A DNA stretch of 64,000 nucleotides. Source: Candidatus Woesearchaeota archaeon. GTDB lineage: Archaea; Nanobdellota; Nanobdellia; Pacearchaeales; GW2011-AR1. The stretch lies in contig CAYITD010000001.1 of assembly GCA_964366325.1 (NCBI GenBank), forward strand, positions 119,634 to 183,633, written 5' to 3'. The notes beneath the pieces are model-generated. The model was not told the origin of the DNA. It was given only the letters and a program-made list of their open reading frames with translations, and ran no database searches. Position numbers and translations under genes: made by a program. Shown here piece by piece: positions 1-9,057 of this stretch; the stretch's first letter is position 1; each line of letters opens with the position of its first letter.

Positions 1-81
1 AAAGAATTTTAGAAAGAATTGCAAAGATGGAAGAAAGGTTCTGATAGATAAAATTAAATAACTAATTTTTTATTCAAATAC

Positions 82-1725
82 ATGACCAAGTTAAAGAACG
101 AAATATGGGCTTACGCTTTAAGAAATATAATTGAGTATGGTAAAACAACTCCGGAAAATGTTCTGCCAAAGTTGTTTCAACACGGACTTGATAAAAAAGA
201 TATTGGAAAAGTAATGCCTGAAATAACAAAAGCAGTTTCCGAAATTAGCGCTCTCTCCCCAGAAAAAAGAATTCAAGAATTTGAAAAATTTAAAGATTAC
301 ATAAAGGAGAGAGAAGAAAAAGAAAAGACCTTACCAGAATTACCAAATGTAAAAGGCATGGTTATAACTAGGCTGCCTCCAGAACCCTCTAAATACTTAC
401 ACATAGGGCATGCAATTTCTTTTGTTTTGAACTACATTTATGCAAAAAGATATAATGGTCGCTGTCTTCTCAGGTTTGAAGATGCAAATCCAGAAAAAGT
501 TAGTCAAGAATATGTAGATGCTATTTTAGACGATATAAAAAATTATCTTGATATAAAATTTGATGACCTAAGATTTGTTTCAGACGACCTTCCTTTGCTT
601 TATGATTATGCAGAAAAGCTCATAAAAAAAGAGAAAGCTTACATGTGTTTTTGTTCGAGAGAAATAATGCAGGATTTTAGACATAAAGGGAAAGAATGCG
701 AATGCAGAAAAAATAAAGAAGATAAAAATCTCAAAGAATGGAAGAATTTTCTTAAAGGAGACTACATGAAAGGTGAGGCAATTTTAAGAATTAAGGGAGA
801 CATGCAAAGTAAAAATCATGTAATGAGAGATTCCGTAATTTTCAGAGCTGTTGCAGAAAAACATTTTAGACATGGAGCAAAGTATAAGGTCTGGCCAATG
901 TATGATTTCTATAATCCAATAGAAGATAGTCTAATGGGAGTAACTCATGTATTGAGAAGCAACGAATTCGAGCAGCGAGTAGAGTTGCAAGATTATATCA
1001 AGGAAGCTTTAGGGTTGAAAAAACAAACCATAATCCAGTACGGAAGATTCAATGTAATAGATGCAACAACAAAAGGTAGAGAGATTAGAGAGCTAATTGA
1101 AAGCGGAGAGCTTATAGGCTGGGACGATCCAAGGTTGGTAACTTTGAGAGCCCTAAAGAGGAGAGGAATAAAAAAAGAAGTAATTTATGCTTTGGTTAAT
1201 GAAGTAGGTTTATCAAAGTATGCTGTAAACCTAGACTTTAATATGATAGCTGCGATAAGCAGGAAACTATTAGATAAATCTACAGAAAGATACTACTTTG
1301 TTAAAGCTCCAAAGAAATTGAGTCTTTCTAGTGGAATCAAAATAAAAGAAGTTAAAATAAAGATCCATCCAGACAAAGAAGAATATAGAGTCGTGAAAGT
1401 TGGAAAGGATATTTTCATATCGCAGGAAGATTTTAATAATTTTAAGGGTAAAGAAGTCAGATTAATGAATTTATTTAATGTAAGACTTGGAGAAAAATCA
1501 GAAATTCTAAATAGCGATAATATGAAGGTTCAGAAAATTCAATGGGTTTCTTCAGGATTTAAAGCAAAAATTCTTATGGATGATGGAAAGTTTATCGAAG
1601 GTCTTGTCGAAGATGGAATCAAAAGGTTAAAAAACTCTGAAATAGTACAATTAGAAAGGTTTGGCTTCGTTAAGCTAGACAAAAAAGAAAAAGAGGAATA
1701 TGAGTTTTGGTTCACTCACAAATAA
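82..1725 (+). CDS. gltX: Glutamyl-tRNA synthetase (archaeal type)
   Basis: RLPPEPSKYLHIGH (HIGH motif), LRFEDANP, THVLRSNEF, GWDDPRLVTL, QLERFGF. Confidence 0.95.
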   Translation: MTKLKNEIWAYALRNIIEYGKTTPENVLPKLFQHGLDKKDIGKVMPEITKAVSEISALSPEKRIQEFEKFKDYIKEREEKEKTLPELPNVKGMVITRLPPEPSKYLHIGHAISFVLNYIYAKRYNGRCLLRFEDANPEKVSQEYVDAILDDIKNYLDIKFDDLRFVSDDLPLLYDYAEKLIKKEKAYMCFCSREIMQDFRHKGKECECRKNKEDKNLKEWKNFLKGDYMKGEAILRIKGDMQSKNHVMRDSVIFRAVAEKHFRHGAKYKVWPMYDFYNPIEDSLMGVTHVLRSNEFEQRVELQDYIKEALGLKKQTIIQYGRFNVIDATTKGREIRELIESGELIGWDDPRLVTLRALKRRGIKKEVIYALVNEVGLSKYAVNLDFNMIAAISRKLLDKSTERYYFVKAPKKLSLSSGIKIKEVKIKIHPDKEEYRVVKVGKDIFISQEDFNNFKGKEVRLMNLFNVRLGEKSEILNSDNMKVQKIQWVSSGFKAKILMDDGKFIEGLVEDGIKRLKNSEIVQLERFGFVKLDKKEKEEYEFWFTHK

Positions 1726-2248
1726 ATGCTCAAAAAAGAGGACAGATATGAAAGGAGGTAAAGAAAACATTTCTATTATGATAGGAAAAAAAGGTTTAAG
1801 CAGCGTTATTGCTACAGTACTTATTGTACTTTTATCACTTGTTGCTGTGACTTTGTTGTGGACATTCATTAGAGGCGGAATAGAGCAATCTAGTTCAGCA
1901 GTTGAAGTCTCAAACAAATGTCTAAATACAGAAATAAGGCCTACAAATTGTGTAGTTGATAAAACTGCAGGAAATGCAGACGTAATAGTTAGATCAACAA
2001 GAGGCGAGGCTGAGAAGCTAGTATTAATTTTGGAAAGAAACGATGGCACAACAAGTGTTAGTGCAGTTTCAACAGATGTTCCAGCAAATACTTTAGAAAC
2101 GAAGCCTTTGAACGATGTACCCTTTGCGGCCAACTTTATAGTGCCTGGGACTGACACATTCAAGTTAAAGGTAGCGGCAGTATTTACTGATAGTACAGGG
2201 AAAGACGCTTTCTGTGATCCGTCACCAGTTGTTGTAGCTTGTAGTTAA
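1700..2248 (+). CDS. Type IV pilin-like protein with class III signal peptide (true start probably 1748 or 1778)
   Basis: KKG|LSSVIATVLIVLLSLVAV prepilin cleavage motif plus hydrophobic helix; C-terminal Cys residues. Confidence 0.8.
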   Translation: MSFGSLTNKCSKKRTDMKGGKENISIMIGKKGLSSVIATVLIVLLSLVAVTLLWTFIRGGIEQSSSAVEVSNKCLNTEIRPTNCVVDKTAGNADVIVRSTRGEAEKLVLILERNDGTTSVSAVSTDVPANTLETKPLNDVPFAANFIVPGTDTFKLKVAAVFTDSTGKDAFCDPSPVVVACS

Positions 2249-2277
2249 AAGTATTTTTATTTTATTTTATTTTATTT

Positions 2278-2371
2278 ATTATCATTTGGGTTCAATACCC
2301 AGATGCTTTGCATCGACCAAATGGTAATCAAAGATTGCTGAGATGAGATAGCGAATTTCTAAGCAATCTTT
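2278..2371 (+). repeat. Structured repeat element, copy A (homologous to 50166-50299)
   Basis: Stems 2278-2289/2317-2328, 2302-2306/2310-2314 and 2330-2339/2362-2371; same order and compensatory changes relative to the copy at ~50170. Confidence 0.65.
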
Positions 2372-2672
2372 TTATATTATATTGAAAAGATAGTGGGGGG
2401 CAGAGGAAATTTAAAAATTCAGATTTTCTAAAAACACATAATCAAAGAATATGAAGGAGGGCAAGAGTAGCCCTCCCTTATCTTGCTTTCATTTTTTTAC
2501 ATATAGATAATCCTCCGCTTGTAGCTATAATCTCTAAATATTTTTATTATTAAAGGACTGTTAAAGATAAATCAAGAGAGACAATTAAGAGCTATTTTTC
2601 ATAAAGGTTATATATCAACAGTTAGAGTCATTTTAGGATAAGCTTTATAAAGCATCAAACTGTGTTTTTTTC

Positions 2673-2981
2673 ATGTCTAAGGTAAGAATCAAATTGAACA
2701 GTATAGAGATAGATAAGATCAACTCAGTCATAGATTCTATAAAAGAAATAACGCAAAGGTCAGGAGTTGTAATGAGGGGGCCAATACCTTTGCCAACAAG
2801 ACACCTAAAGATAACGACCAGAAAATCCCCATGCGGAAATGGAACTGCTACATTTGACAGGTTCGAAATGAGAGTCCACAGAAGAATAATTGATCTTCCT
2901 GCTGAAGACAGAATCTTACATTCAATAATGAAATTGCAAATACCACGATCAGTGCAGATAAAAATTGAGATGAAGGATTAA
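2673..2981 (+). CDS. rpsJ: 30S ribosomal protein S10 (uS10)
   Basis: GPIPLPT, TTRKSPCGNGTATFDRFEMRVHRRIID. Confidence 0.97.
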   Translation: MSKVRIKLNSIEIDKINSVIDSIKEITQRSGVVMRGPIPLPTRHLKITTRKSPCGNGTATFDRFEMRVHRRIIDLPAEDRILHSIMKLQIPRSVQIKIEMKD

Positions 2982-3017
2982 CTAAATCTTTTTATAATCT
3001 ATAATTCAATTAAAAAT

Positions 3018-3629
3018 ATGGTGAGAGAAATCCTTGTCGTAAAAAAAGATCTTCTTTTTGGAGAAAAATATTTCCAAGGCTTTTGTCCAATCGATGAAAA
3101 AGATTATCTAGAAATTGTTCTTAATAATTTTGAATATCAGGAAAGAAACGACTTATTAGAAAATAATCCAGATTTTCAGCAGATAATTCCTTATGTCTGG
3201 ATCATAAATAAAAAAGAAGGAAGGGTTTTTTTATATAAAAGAGCAAAAACTGGGAACGAAGGAAGGCTGCATGATAAGTATTCTGGAGGCGTTGGAGGCC
3301 ATATAGATAAGGATACAGAAGAAAAATCCCTTGATCCCATTATGGATGCTATGATGAGAGAATTAAAAGAAGAAGTTCTCATGCAAAGCTATCCTTTGCC
3401 TAAATTAATAGGTTTTATCAATGATGATGCAACAGACGTTGGCAAAGTTCATTTTGGAGTTATCGCAATCACAGAAAGCGCAGATGACGTAAAACCCCTT
3501 GAAGATATGTCCAGCGGGATGTTTTATTCAATCTCAGAAGCAGATAAACTTATTTCAGATCCCAATGCAGACATTGAAACTTGGACGAAGATTAGCTGGC
3601 CTTCTGTTAGAGAGTTTATAGAGAATTAG
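3018..3629 (+). CDS. NUDIX-family phosphoesterase
   Basis: QQIIPY, RLHDKYSGGVGGHI, Nudix helix RELKEEV, VGKVHFG. Confidence 0.8.
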   Translation: MVREILVVKKDLLFGEKYFQGFCPIDEKDYLEIVLNNFEYQERNDLLENNPDFQQIIPYVWIINKKEGRVFLYKRAKTGNEGRLHDKYSGGVGGHIDKDTEEKSLDPIMDAMMRELKEEVLMQSYPLPKLIGFINDDATDVGKVHFGVIAITESADDVKPLEDMSSGMFYSISEADKLISDPNADIETWTKISWPSVREFIEN

Positions 3630-3630
3630 A

Positions 3631-4275
3631 TCATTCTAATAGAATTCTTTCTAACTCGTAAATATCAGGTAAATTATAATGTGCTTCAGCTGAAGTAGCA
3701 TTTACAATAGCTGTTGTAAGGCCTAATTTTCTCGCAGGGAGAATATCTACCTCTTCTCTATCTCCAACAAAAAACATTCTTGATAAGTCTGTTCCGTGGT
3801 TTTTTGCAATGTCCCTAAAAGCAGATCCATCCCTTCTTGATAGTTTGCTTTCACCATATATCTTATATGAAAATAAGTTCTCATCTAAGCCGAGAGCTTC
3901 TAATTTTCTTAAAGCTACCAATTTTCCACTGCCTGTAATAAGAAAAAGAGAAAATGATTGTTTTAGTTTGGCAAACATCTCTATTAATTTTTCATCTTTC
4001 CTTAATAGGCTTTCTATATTCGTATTTTCTAAAGCTTTTTGCATTAATCCTTTTCCATCTTCAATACCAATAGCCTGCAATGAGCGACTGCCACTTTTTG
4101 TTTTGTCTAACTCTCTAAGAAACTGTTCCAAGACATCTTGATAAGGTCTATTTAAAATTTCTGAAGCTTTAAGACAAGAGTATTCCCTAATTCTTCTGTA
4201 TATTTCTTCATTAAGAGGGTATAAAGTACCATCCAAATCAAATCCAAGTAGATCTACATCAATTATTTTTTTCAT
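3631..4275 (-). CDS. HAD-superfamily hydrolase (nucleotidase-like)
   Basis: FDLDGTLY motif I; FVGDREEVDI motif IV. Confidence 0.85.
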   Translation of the reverse strand: MKKIIDVDLLGFDLDGTLYPLNEEIYRRIREYSCLKASEILNRPYQDVLEQFLRELDKTKSGSRSLQAIGIEDGKGLMQKALENTNIESLLRKDEKLIEMFAKLKQSFSLFLITGSGKLVALRKLEALGLDENLFSYKIYGESKLSRRDGSAFRDIAKNHGTDLSRMFFVGDREEVDILPARKLGLTTAIVNATSAEAHYNLPDIYELERILLE

Positions 4276-4916
4276 TACAAATCCCTAATCAGCTTGTATG
4301 CTTGTTCAGCTGTTTGTTCTTGTGAAATATGGGATGTATCTATAAATCTTAGGTTTAATTCTGGAACATGGTCTGGAAGAGATCGATATAAATCTGCTAG
4401 CTGATCTATTCTTTCTGCACACTCATTTCTACTTAATCTTTCTCCTGTCGCATTGCTTCTAGATAAAGCGCGTTCATAGCCTATATTACCTTCAACTGTC
4501 AGACATATAGATAGATTTGGCCAAGGTATTGCTTCATTTTGTTTGCGTATGACTTCTATAGGTACTCCACCTTGTAAACCTTGATAAACAAAATTATCTG
4601 CTAGACCTCTATTGAATAGGAAGAATAAATTTTCTTCTTTTGTTCTTTTCAACACTTGAGATTCATAAATTAAAAGTCTGTCCACTGTAAATATTGCAGC
4701 CTCTACCCATGGACTTTTATCTACTCTGAGTCTATATCCCTTAGCAAGGCCTCTCAAGGGACCTGGCTCGGTAAGCTCAACCACTTCAAGACCCTCTTTT
4801 CTCAACAGCTCAGCTAAGCTTTTCTGCACAGTTTCTTTGCCTGTAGCTGAAGTACCAACAAGTTGAATTATCTTTGCCATTTTAAGAACCAACAAAACGA
4901 GGTTTACCACATCCAA
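4275..4916 (-). CDS. tmk: Thymidylate kinase-like protein, divergent motifs (start probably 4880)
   Basis: P-loop GTSATGKET, TEPG, AAIFTVDR, VYQG, IDTS; in an operon with thyX. Confidence 0.7.
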   Translation of the reverse strand: MDVVNLVLLVLKMAKIIQLVGTSATGKETVQKSLAELLRKEGLEVVELTEPGPLRGLAKGYRLRVDKSPWVEAAIFTVDRLLIYESQVLKRTKEENLFFLFNRGLADNFVYQGLQGGVPIEVIRKQNEAIPWPNLSICLTVEGNIGYERALSRSNATGERLSRNECAERIDQLADLYRSLPDHVPELNLRFIDTSHISQEQTAEQAYKLIRDL

Positions 4917-5535
4917 TTATATCGAAATTTCTATACAATGAGTAAGGGTTAGATACACGATAAAGTTTCTTTTCTTTCATAGAGCTTGGAACAGATTCAA
5001 CTACTTTTACTCTATCCCATCCATTAGGATGTGCATAATATGGGTATGCATGATTTACACCAGAAATATAAACTGCATTGAACTCCATATCTAAAGATCT
5101 AGCTAAAGCCACTCTATGTGCGCCATCACATATTAAAGGGATGTTAATGTTCAAACTGTCATTTTCATGATCAATTTCTCCTTCTTGTTTAACATATCTC
5201 ACATTTCTCGAGGTCACTTCCATTATTGGAGGTGTCAATGTCCAAATTTCATTTTTCTCATTTCTAATTTCTAGAGCCTCACTTAAATTTAAGGTATCAA
5301 TAGAATAATTTGAAAGTAGTTGCTCTCTGAGGTCTCTTTGAAAGTCCAAGTTATGTCTTAATAAATAAAAAGTTGGAGGGTTAACTTGATCATGGGTGAG
5401 CCTCTTTAGAGTTATATTCGCCTCTTCGTAAACTAATACATCCCTTTCTTCTTCTGTTGTTTTTTTTAGAGGGACTTGCTTTAGTTTTCTAACCAGCTCT
5501 TCAAAACCTATATGTCTAACTATTTCTATTTTCAT
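4882..5535 (-). CDS. Hypothetical protein with ParB/Srx-like motif
   Basis: PLICDGAHRVALAR resembles the ParB/Srx DGxHR motif; overlaps the thyX stop codon. Confidence 0.5.
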   Translation of the reverse strand: MKIEIVRHIGFEELVRKLKQVPLKKTTEEERDVLVYEEANITLKRLTHDQVNPPTFYLLRHNLDFQRDLREQLLSNYSIDTLNLSEALEIRNEKNEIWTLTPPIMEVTSRNVRYVKQEGEIDHENDSLNINIPLICDGAHRVALARSLDMEFNAVYISGVNHAYPYYAHPNGWDRVKVVESVPSSMKEKKLYRVSNPYSLYRNFDIIGCGKPRFVGS

Positions 5536-7370
5536 TTTCTATTCTTATCAAACCACTCATAACCTCTTTTCCATAAGTGTGGAGGATATTCGCGTTCATC
5601 GTGTTTCAAATATTTAGCTGTTTCGGGCATTTCTCTTTTGAATTGTTCTACCATTTCCCTAGCAGTTTTGACATAAGCTGAATTGCCTTTAGATATATCT
5701 GTTCTCAAATTAGCTATGTACCCAAGTTGATTAGCTTGCCAGGAATGTAATGCTCTGCAATTTGCACCAAACGGAACTAACTTTTCTGCAACATGAGGAC
5801 TTATTCTTCTTGCTTCTTCATACATTGACTTGGCCATTTCTATATCTCTAGCATAATCTTCTTCTATTCCAAAAAAGCTAACTATCTCTGGAACTTCAAA
5901 TCCATGTTGCGTAGTTAATAACTGTGTTGACCTAGCTCCTCTTCTATGGCGAAATAAATCTCTATAACCATGATAAGGCATTAGAAGCTCAAACATAAGT
6001 CCACCATGACTTATTGAGGGACTTATTACATCATAAGTTCCTCTATGCCTGTGCGTTTTTTCTAGAACCTCTCTAACATCTGTCTCAGAAAGTGAGGACA
6101 TTATAGATCTTAAAGAAGAATGTGTATATGGAAATACAGCCAAAGCAGCATTGAAGCGATCAGTATGCATTTCTATATCTCTTGGAGTTAACAATGTAGC
6201 TGACTTTGCTCCTCCATGTTCAGGTTGTGCTTGTCCGAATCTTTCTTCAAAATAAGAACGTAATTCTCCTTCATTTTTCACTTTCCATTCATCTACGCTC
6301 ACATGGCTTTTTTCTCCAAGGAGAACAGGAGCTATTTTTTTTGCCTCATTCCATATACTATTTCCTCTTCTTTGATCTTCTGTCCTAGGGCTAGAAATAA
6401 GATCTGTTATAACCTCTTCTAATGTGCGCGCATCAACAGAGTAAACATATGAGGTTCTTGTGCCTGCTAATAAATATACTCGACTAGAGTCCAAAACAAA
6501 CTTACCTACCTCTTTTCTCATGGCCTCATTTGTCAAACCTGCCAAAACTTCTTCTCTAAACTTTGCTCTATCATTATCATCTGGGTGAAAATCAGGGTTT
6601 AAGCGAGTTTTACGTTTTATTTTTGCTTCTACTTCTGACTCCATGTTTTCTTCACTTCTTAAATGATCAGCAATATCTCTTGTGTCAGAGTGATTGAAAA
6701 CAAGATCTCCTAATTGTTCAGTCAATGCCAAATATCTACGATTCATATAACTTGCATATTCTAAAAATTTTCCTGAGGACGGTAAACTCCTGATATCTTC
6801 ATCTTCAAGTATTCCATCTAGAACTCTGCCATAAGAAATATATCTCGTTGACTTAGCCTGTGGCCTCATTAAAGGATGCCCGCTTATCTTTTTGCCAGTT
6901 ATATCCGAAACATTTTCAGAATGTCCAAAAAGAGTAGTACCTTCTTTTATAGAATCATGTCCGTGTGCCAAAACCCATTCTCTGTTAAAGTCTCCAGTTC
7001 TACGCGATATTTTTAATGATCCATCTTTATTTCTAAATATCTCCATCAGTGTAGGAATCTGAGAAATCATGGAACGCGTTTGTTCCGTTTTTTCTATGTC
7101 TAAAAATTGTAAAACTCTCGTTTGCATTGGAGAGTGAGTTCTAGAAACTGCAGACATAAGAGGAGATAGTTCTTCTCCAGCTACAAGAGGCTGTGGATAA
7201 ATGAAGCTGTTTTCCCCATATGGATTAGTAAAAACAAAATTTCTTATTAAATTCTCTTCTCCAGCAGAAAAATTCCTCATCACTCTTTCTTCAACCATGT
7301 TTTTTGTTATACGTTTTAGTATTAAAATATAGATAATAGTGAAAAGTATATGTTTTTGTGTTAGGGACAC
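5532..7370 (-). CDS. thyX: Tandem-domain FAD-dependent thymidylate synthase (start probably 7298, MVEERV)
   Basis: HGHDSIKE and KSTRY in domain 1; YRDLFRHRR in domain 2; length fits a double ThyX. Confidence 0.75.
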   Translation of the reverse strand: MSLTQKHILFTIIYILILKRITKNMVEERVMRNFSAGEENLIRNFVFTNPYGENSFIYPQPLVAGEELSPLMSAVSRTHSPMQTRVLQFLDIEKTEQTRSMISQIPTLMEIFRNKDGSLKISRRTGDFNREWVLAHGHDSIKEGTTLFGHSENVSDITGKKISGHPLMRPQAKSTRYISYGRVLDGILEDEDIRSLPSSGKFLEYASYMNRRYLALTEQLGDLVFNHSDTRDIADHLRSEENMESEVEAKIKRKTRLNPDFHPDDNDRAKFREEVLAGLTNEAMRKEVGKFVLDSSRVYLLAGTRTSYVYSVDARTLEEVITDLISSPRTEDQRRGNSIWNEAKKIAPVLLGEKSHVSVDEWKVKNEGELRSYFEERFGQAQPEHGGAKSATLLTPRDIEMHTDRFNAALAVFPYTHSSLRSIMSSLSETDVREVLEKTHRHRGTYDVISPSISHGGLMFELLMPYHGYRDLFRHRRGARSTQLLTTQHGFEVPEIVSFFGIEEDYARDIEMAKSMYEEARRISPHVAEKLVPFGANCRALHSWQANQLGYIANLRTDISKGNSAYVKTAREMVEQFKREMPETAKYLKHDEREYPPHLWKRGYEWFDKNRK

Positions 7371-7407
7371 ATGGAAAAGATTAAAACCCTGATTTTTTAT
7401 CCACTAC

Positions 7408-8010
7408 ATGCACTACCTAAATTCAAACCTCTTTAACAACACTGCAACTCTAAAAAACAAATTCTCCAGTGCAAAACCATTCAAGCATATTTTCATAGAA
7501 AATTTTCTTGATGAAAAAACTGTCGAAGTTCTATTTAAAGAATTAAAAAATCAAGAATTTGAAGAGAAAGAAGCTGACTTGTTTCATCTTTATCAAACAA
7601 AAGACTTTTTTAATCTCGAAAATGGAAAATTGAGCGAATTTTACGAATATTTTAAAGGAAAAGAAGTTAAGAAATTAATTGAAGAACTTACAGGAATTAA
7701 ACTTAAAGGAAAAATTGATATGGCTGGAAGTTTATACAAAGATACAAACTTTCTTTTGTGTCATGACGATGAGTTGTCTGGAAGAAAAATCGCGTTTTTA
7801 ATCTATTTACCGAAAAACTTTGAAGAAAAGGATGGCGGTTCTTTTGTCCTATTTGATAGTAAAAATGAAAAGCCGCTAAATAAAACGATAAAATATCTTC
7901 CAAAATGGAATTCATTTTTAATGTTTGAAGTTTCAAAAATTTCATTTCATGAAGTGGAAGAAGTTATAGGAAAAAAAGAAAGATATGCAATAGGAGGTTG
8001 GTTCCATTGA
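7408..8010 (+). CDS. 2OG-Fe(II) oxygenase, OGFOD1/Tpa1 catalytic-domain-like
   Basis: LLCHDDELSGRKIAFLIYL (HxD), P-x-WN...FEVS..SFHEVEEV (distal His), RYAIGGWFH (2OG-binding Arg). Confidence 0.85.
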   Translation: MHYLNSNLFNNTATLKNKFSSAKPFKHIFIENFLDEKTVEVLFKELKNQEFEEKEADLFHLYQTKDFFNLENGKLSEFYEYFKGKEVKKLIEELTGIKLKGKIDMAGSLYKDTNFLLCHDDELSGRKIAFLIYLPKNFEEKDGGSFVLFDSKNEKPLNKTIKYLPKWNSFLMFEVSKISFHEVEEVIGKKERYAIGGWFH

Positions 8011-8564
8011 TAATAAACAAAATTTATCTTGACTATGAAGTGTTAAGTCAGATAGGCAGAGCTTTCAAAAATTCAAATCCAAGAATGATAAAACTAGACA
8101 ATTTGCTTGATTTAAAATTTTATAATGAATTAAGAGAAAAACTTAATTTTTTAAGTTTTGAAAAAACTAAAATTCCTGATAAGTATTCCTTTTCAGAATT
8201 TAAAATTAATAATGAGATTGACATTGAAGAACTTGGAGATTTTATTAATAAAATAACAGAAAAGAAAAATAAAATAAAAATAAAATTAAGAAAATATTCT
8301 TGGAAAGATTATAAATTAATTCACGATTCTGAGAATTTCTCAGGTATAAAATTTTGCATTTTTATTCTTTCTGAGGAATCATGGGACTCAAACAATGGAG
8401 GATCTTTCGTTTTCAGAAGCAAGGAAGATTATGTTTTCTCTCCATTTAGCAACTCATTTTTTATTATTGAAAAAAAGAAAGATATGCAGGACTTTGTTCA
8501 GTATGTAAACAACAAAGCCGGAAACAAATGCTTTTATGTTATTGAGGGAACTGTCTTTTCATGA
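7998..8564 (+). CDS. Non-catalytic DSBH protein resembling the OGFOD1/Tpa1/Ofd1 C-terminal domain
   Basis: IINKIYLD, YKLIHD, WDSNNGG, PFSNS, FVQYVNN match the order of motifs in the Ofd1 C-terminal domain; overlaps the upstream gene. Confidence 0.65.
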   Translation: MVPLIINKIYLDYEVLSQIGRAFKNSNPRMIKLDNLLDLKFYNELREKLNFLSFEKTKIPDKYSFSEFKINNEIDIEELGDFINKITEKKNKIKIKLRKYSWKDYKLIHDSENFSGIKFCIFILSEESWDSNNGGSFVFRSKEDYVFSPFSNSFFIIEKKKDMQDFVQYVNNKAGNKCFYVIEGTVFS

Positions 8565-9034
8565 AAGTAAAACACACATGTTTCGCTGGAATTTCTCAAG
8601 AAAGGATTGATGCAATAAAGGGCTACAATACTAGAGACCTAACTTCGCAGAGATTTTCAGACCCAAAGTCTTGGGTAGAGCTTGCAGATGTTATGACTTA
8701 CCATCCGCATCCTGTGACGCGTCATGAAGCTTGCTTTTTAGCTGCCGAGTTGCAAATACCTTACGTGCACAGGTTAGTAGCCGTAGTTAAGTTTGATGTA
8801 AGCATTGTAAACAAACATGAAGCTGCCGAGTCTCTTGGTAAAGTAATGGACAGAGATGATGCTTGGATGAGTTATGTATTTTTAAGCAAAACAACAAAGA
8901 AAAATAGAAAAAATTTCAGATATGATTCTAAAGTTTATCACCCAGACGTTCAAGCAACTATTTTAGAATCAATAACAGAATTAGAGGAACGTTTTCCTGA
9001 TTTCAAAAATAGAACTATTTCAAATGCTTTTTAG
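8561..9034 (+). CDS. Hypothetical protein
   Basis: 157-aa ORF with ATGA overlap to the upstream gene; no recognised motif. Confidence 0.6.
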   Translation: MKVKHTCFAGISQERIDAIKGYNTRDLTSQRFSDPKSWVELADVMTYHPHPVTRHEACFLAAELQIPYVHRLVAVVKFDVSIVNKHEAAESLGKVMDRDDAWMSYVFLSKTTKKNRKNFRYDSKVYHPDVQATILESITELEERFPDFKNRTISNAF

Positions 9035-9057
9035 ATCAATTATTTAGAAAGTTTTAA

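Noticed and set aside
2336..2360. Hammerhead ribozyme or C/D box RNA (CTGAGATGAGA...GAA)
   Set aside because: The core does not match CUGANGA...GAAA with three stems, and the boxes are in the wrong order for a C/D guide.
2395..2525. RNase P RNA (GAGGAAA motif; Pop5 gene present in the window)
   Set aside because: No complementary P4 partner or recognisable 3' conserved region.
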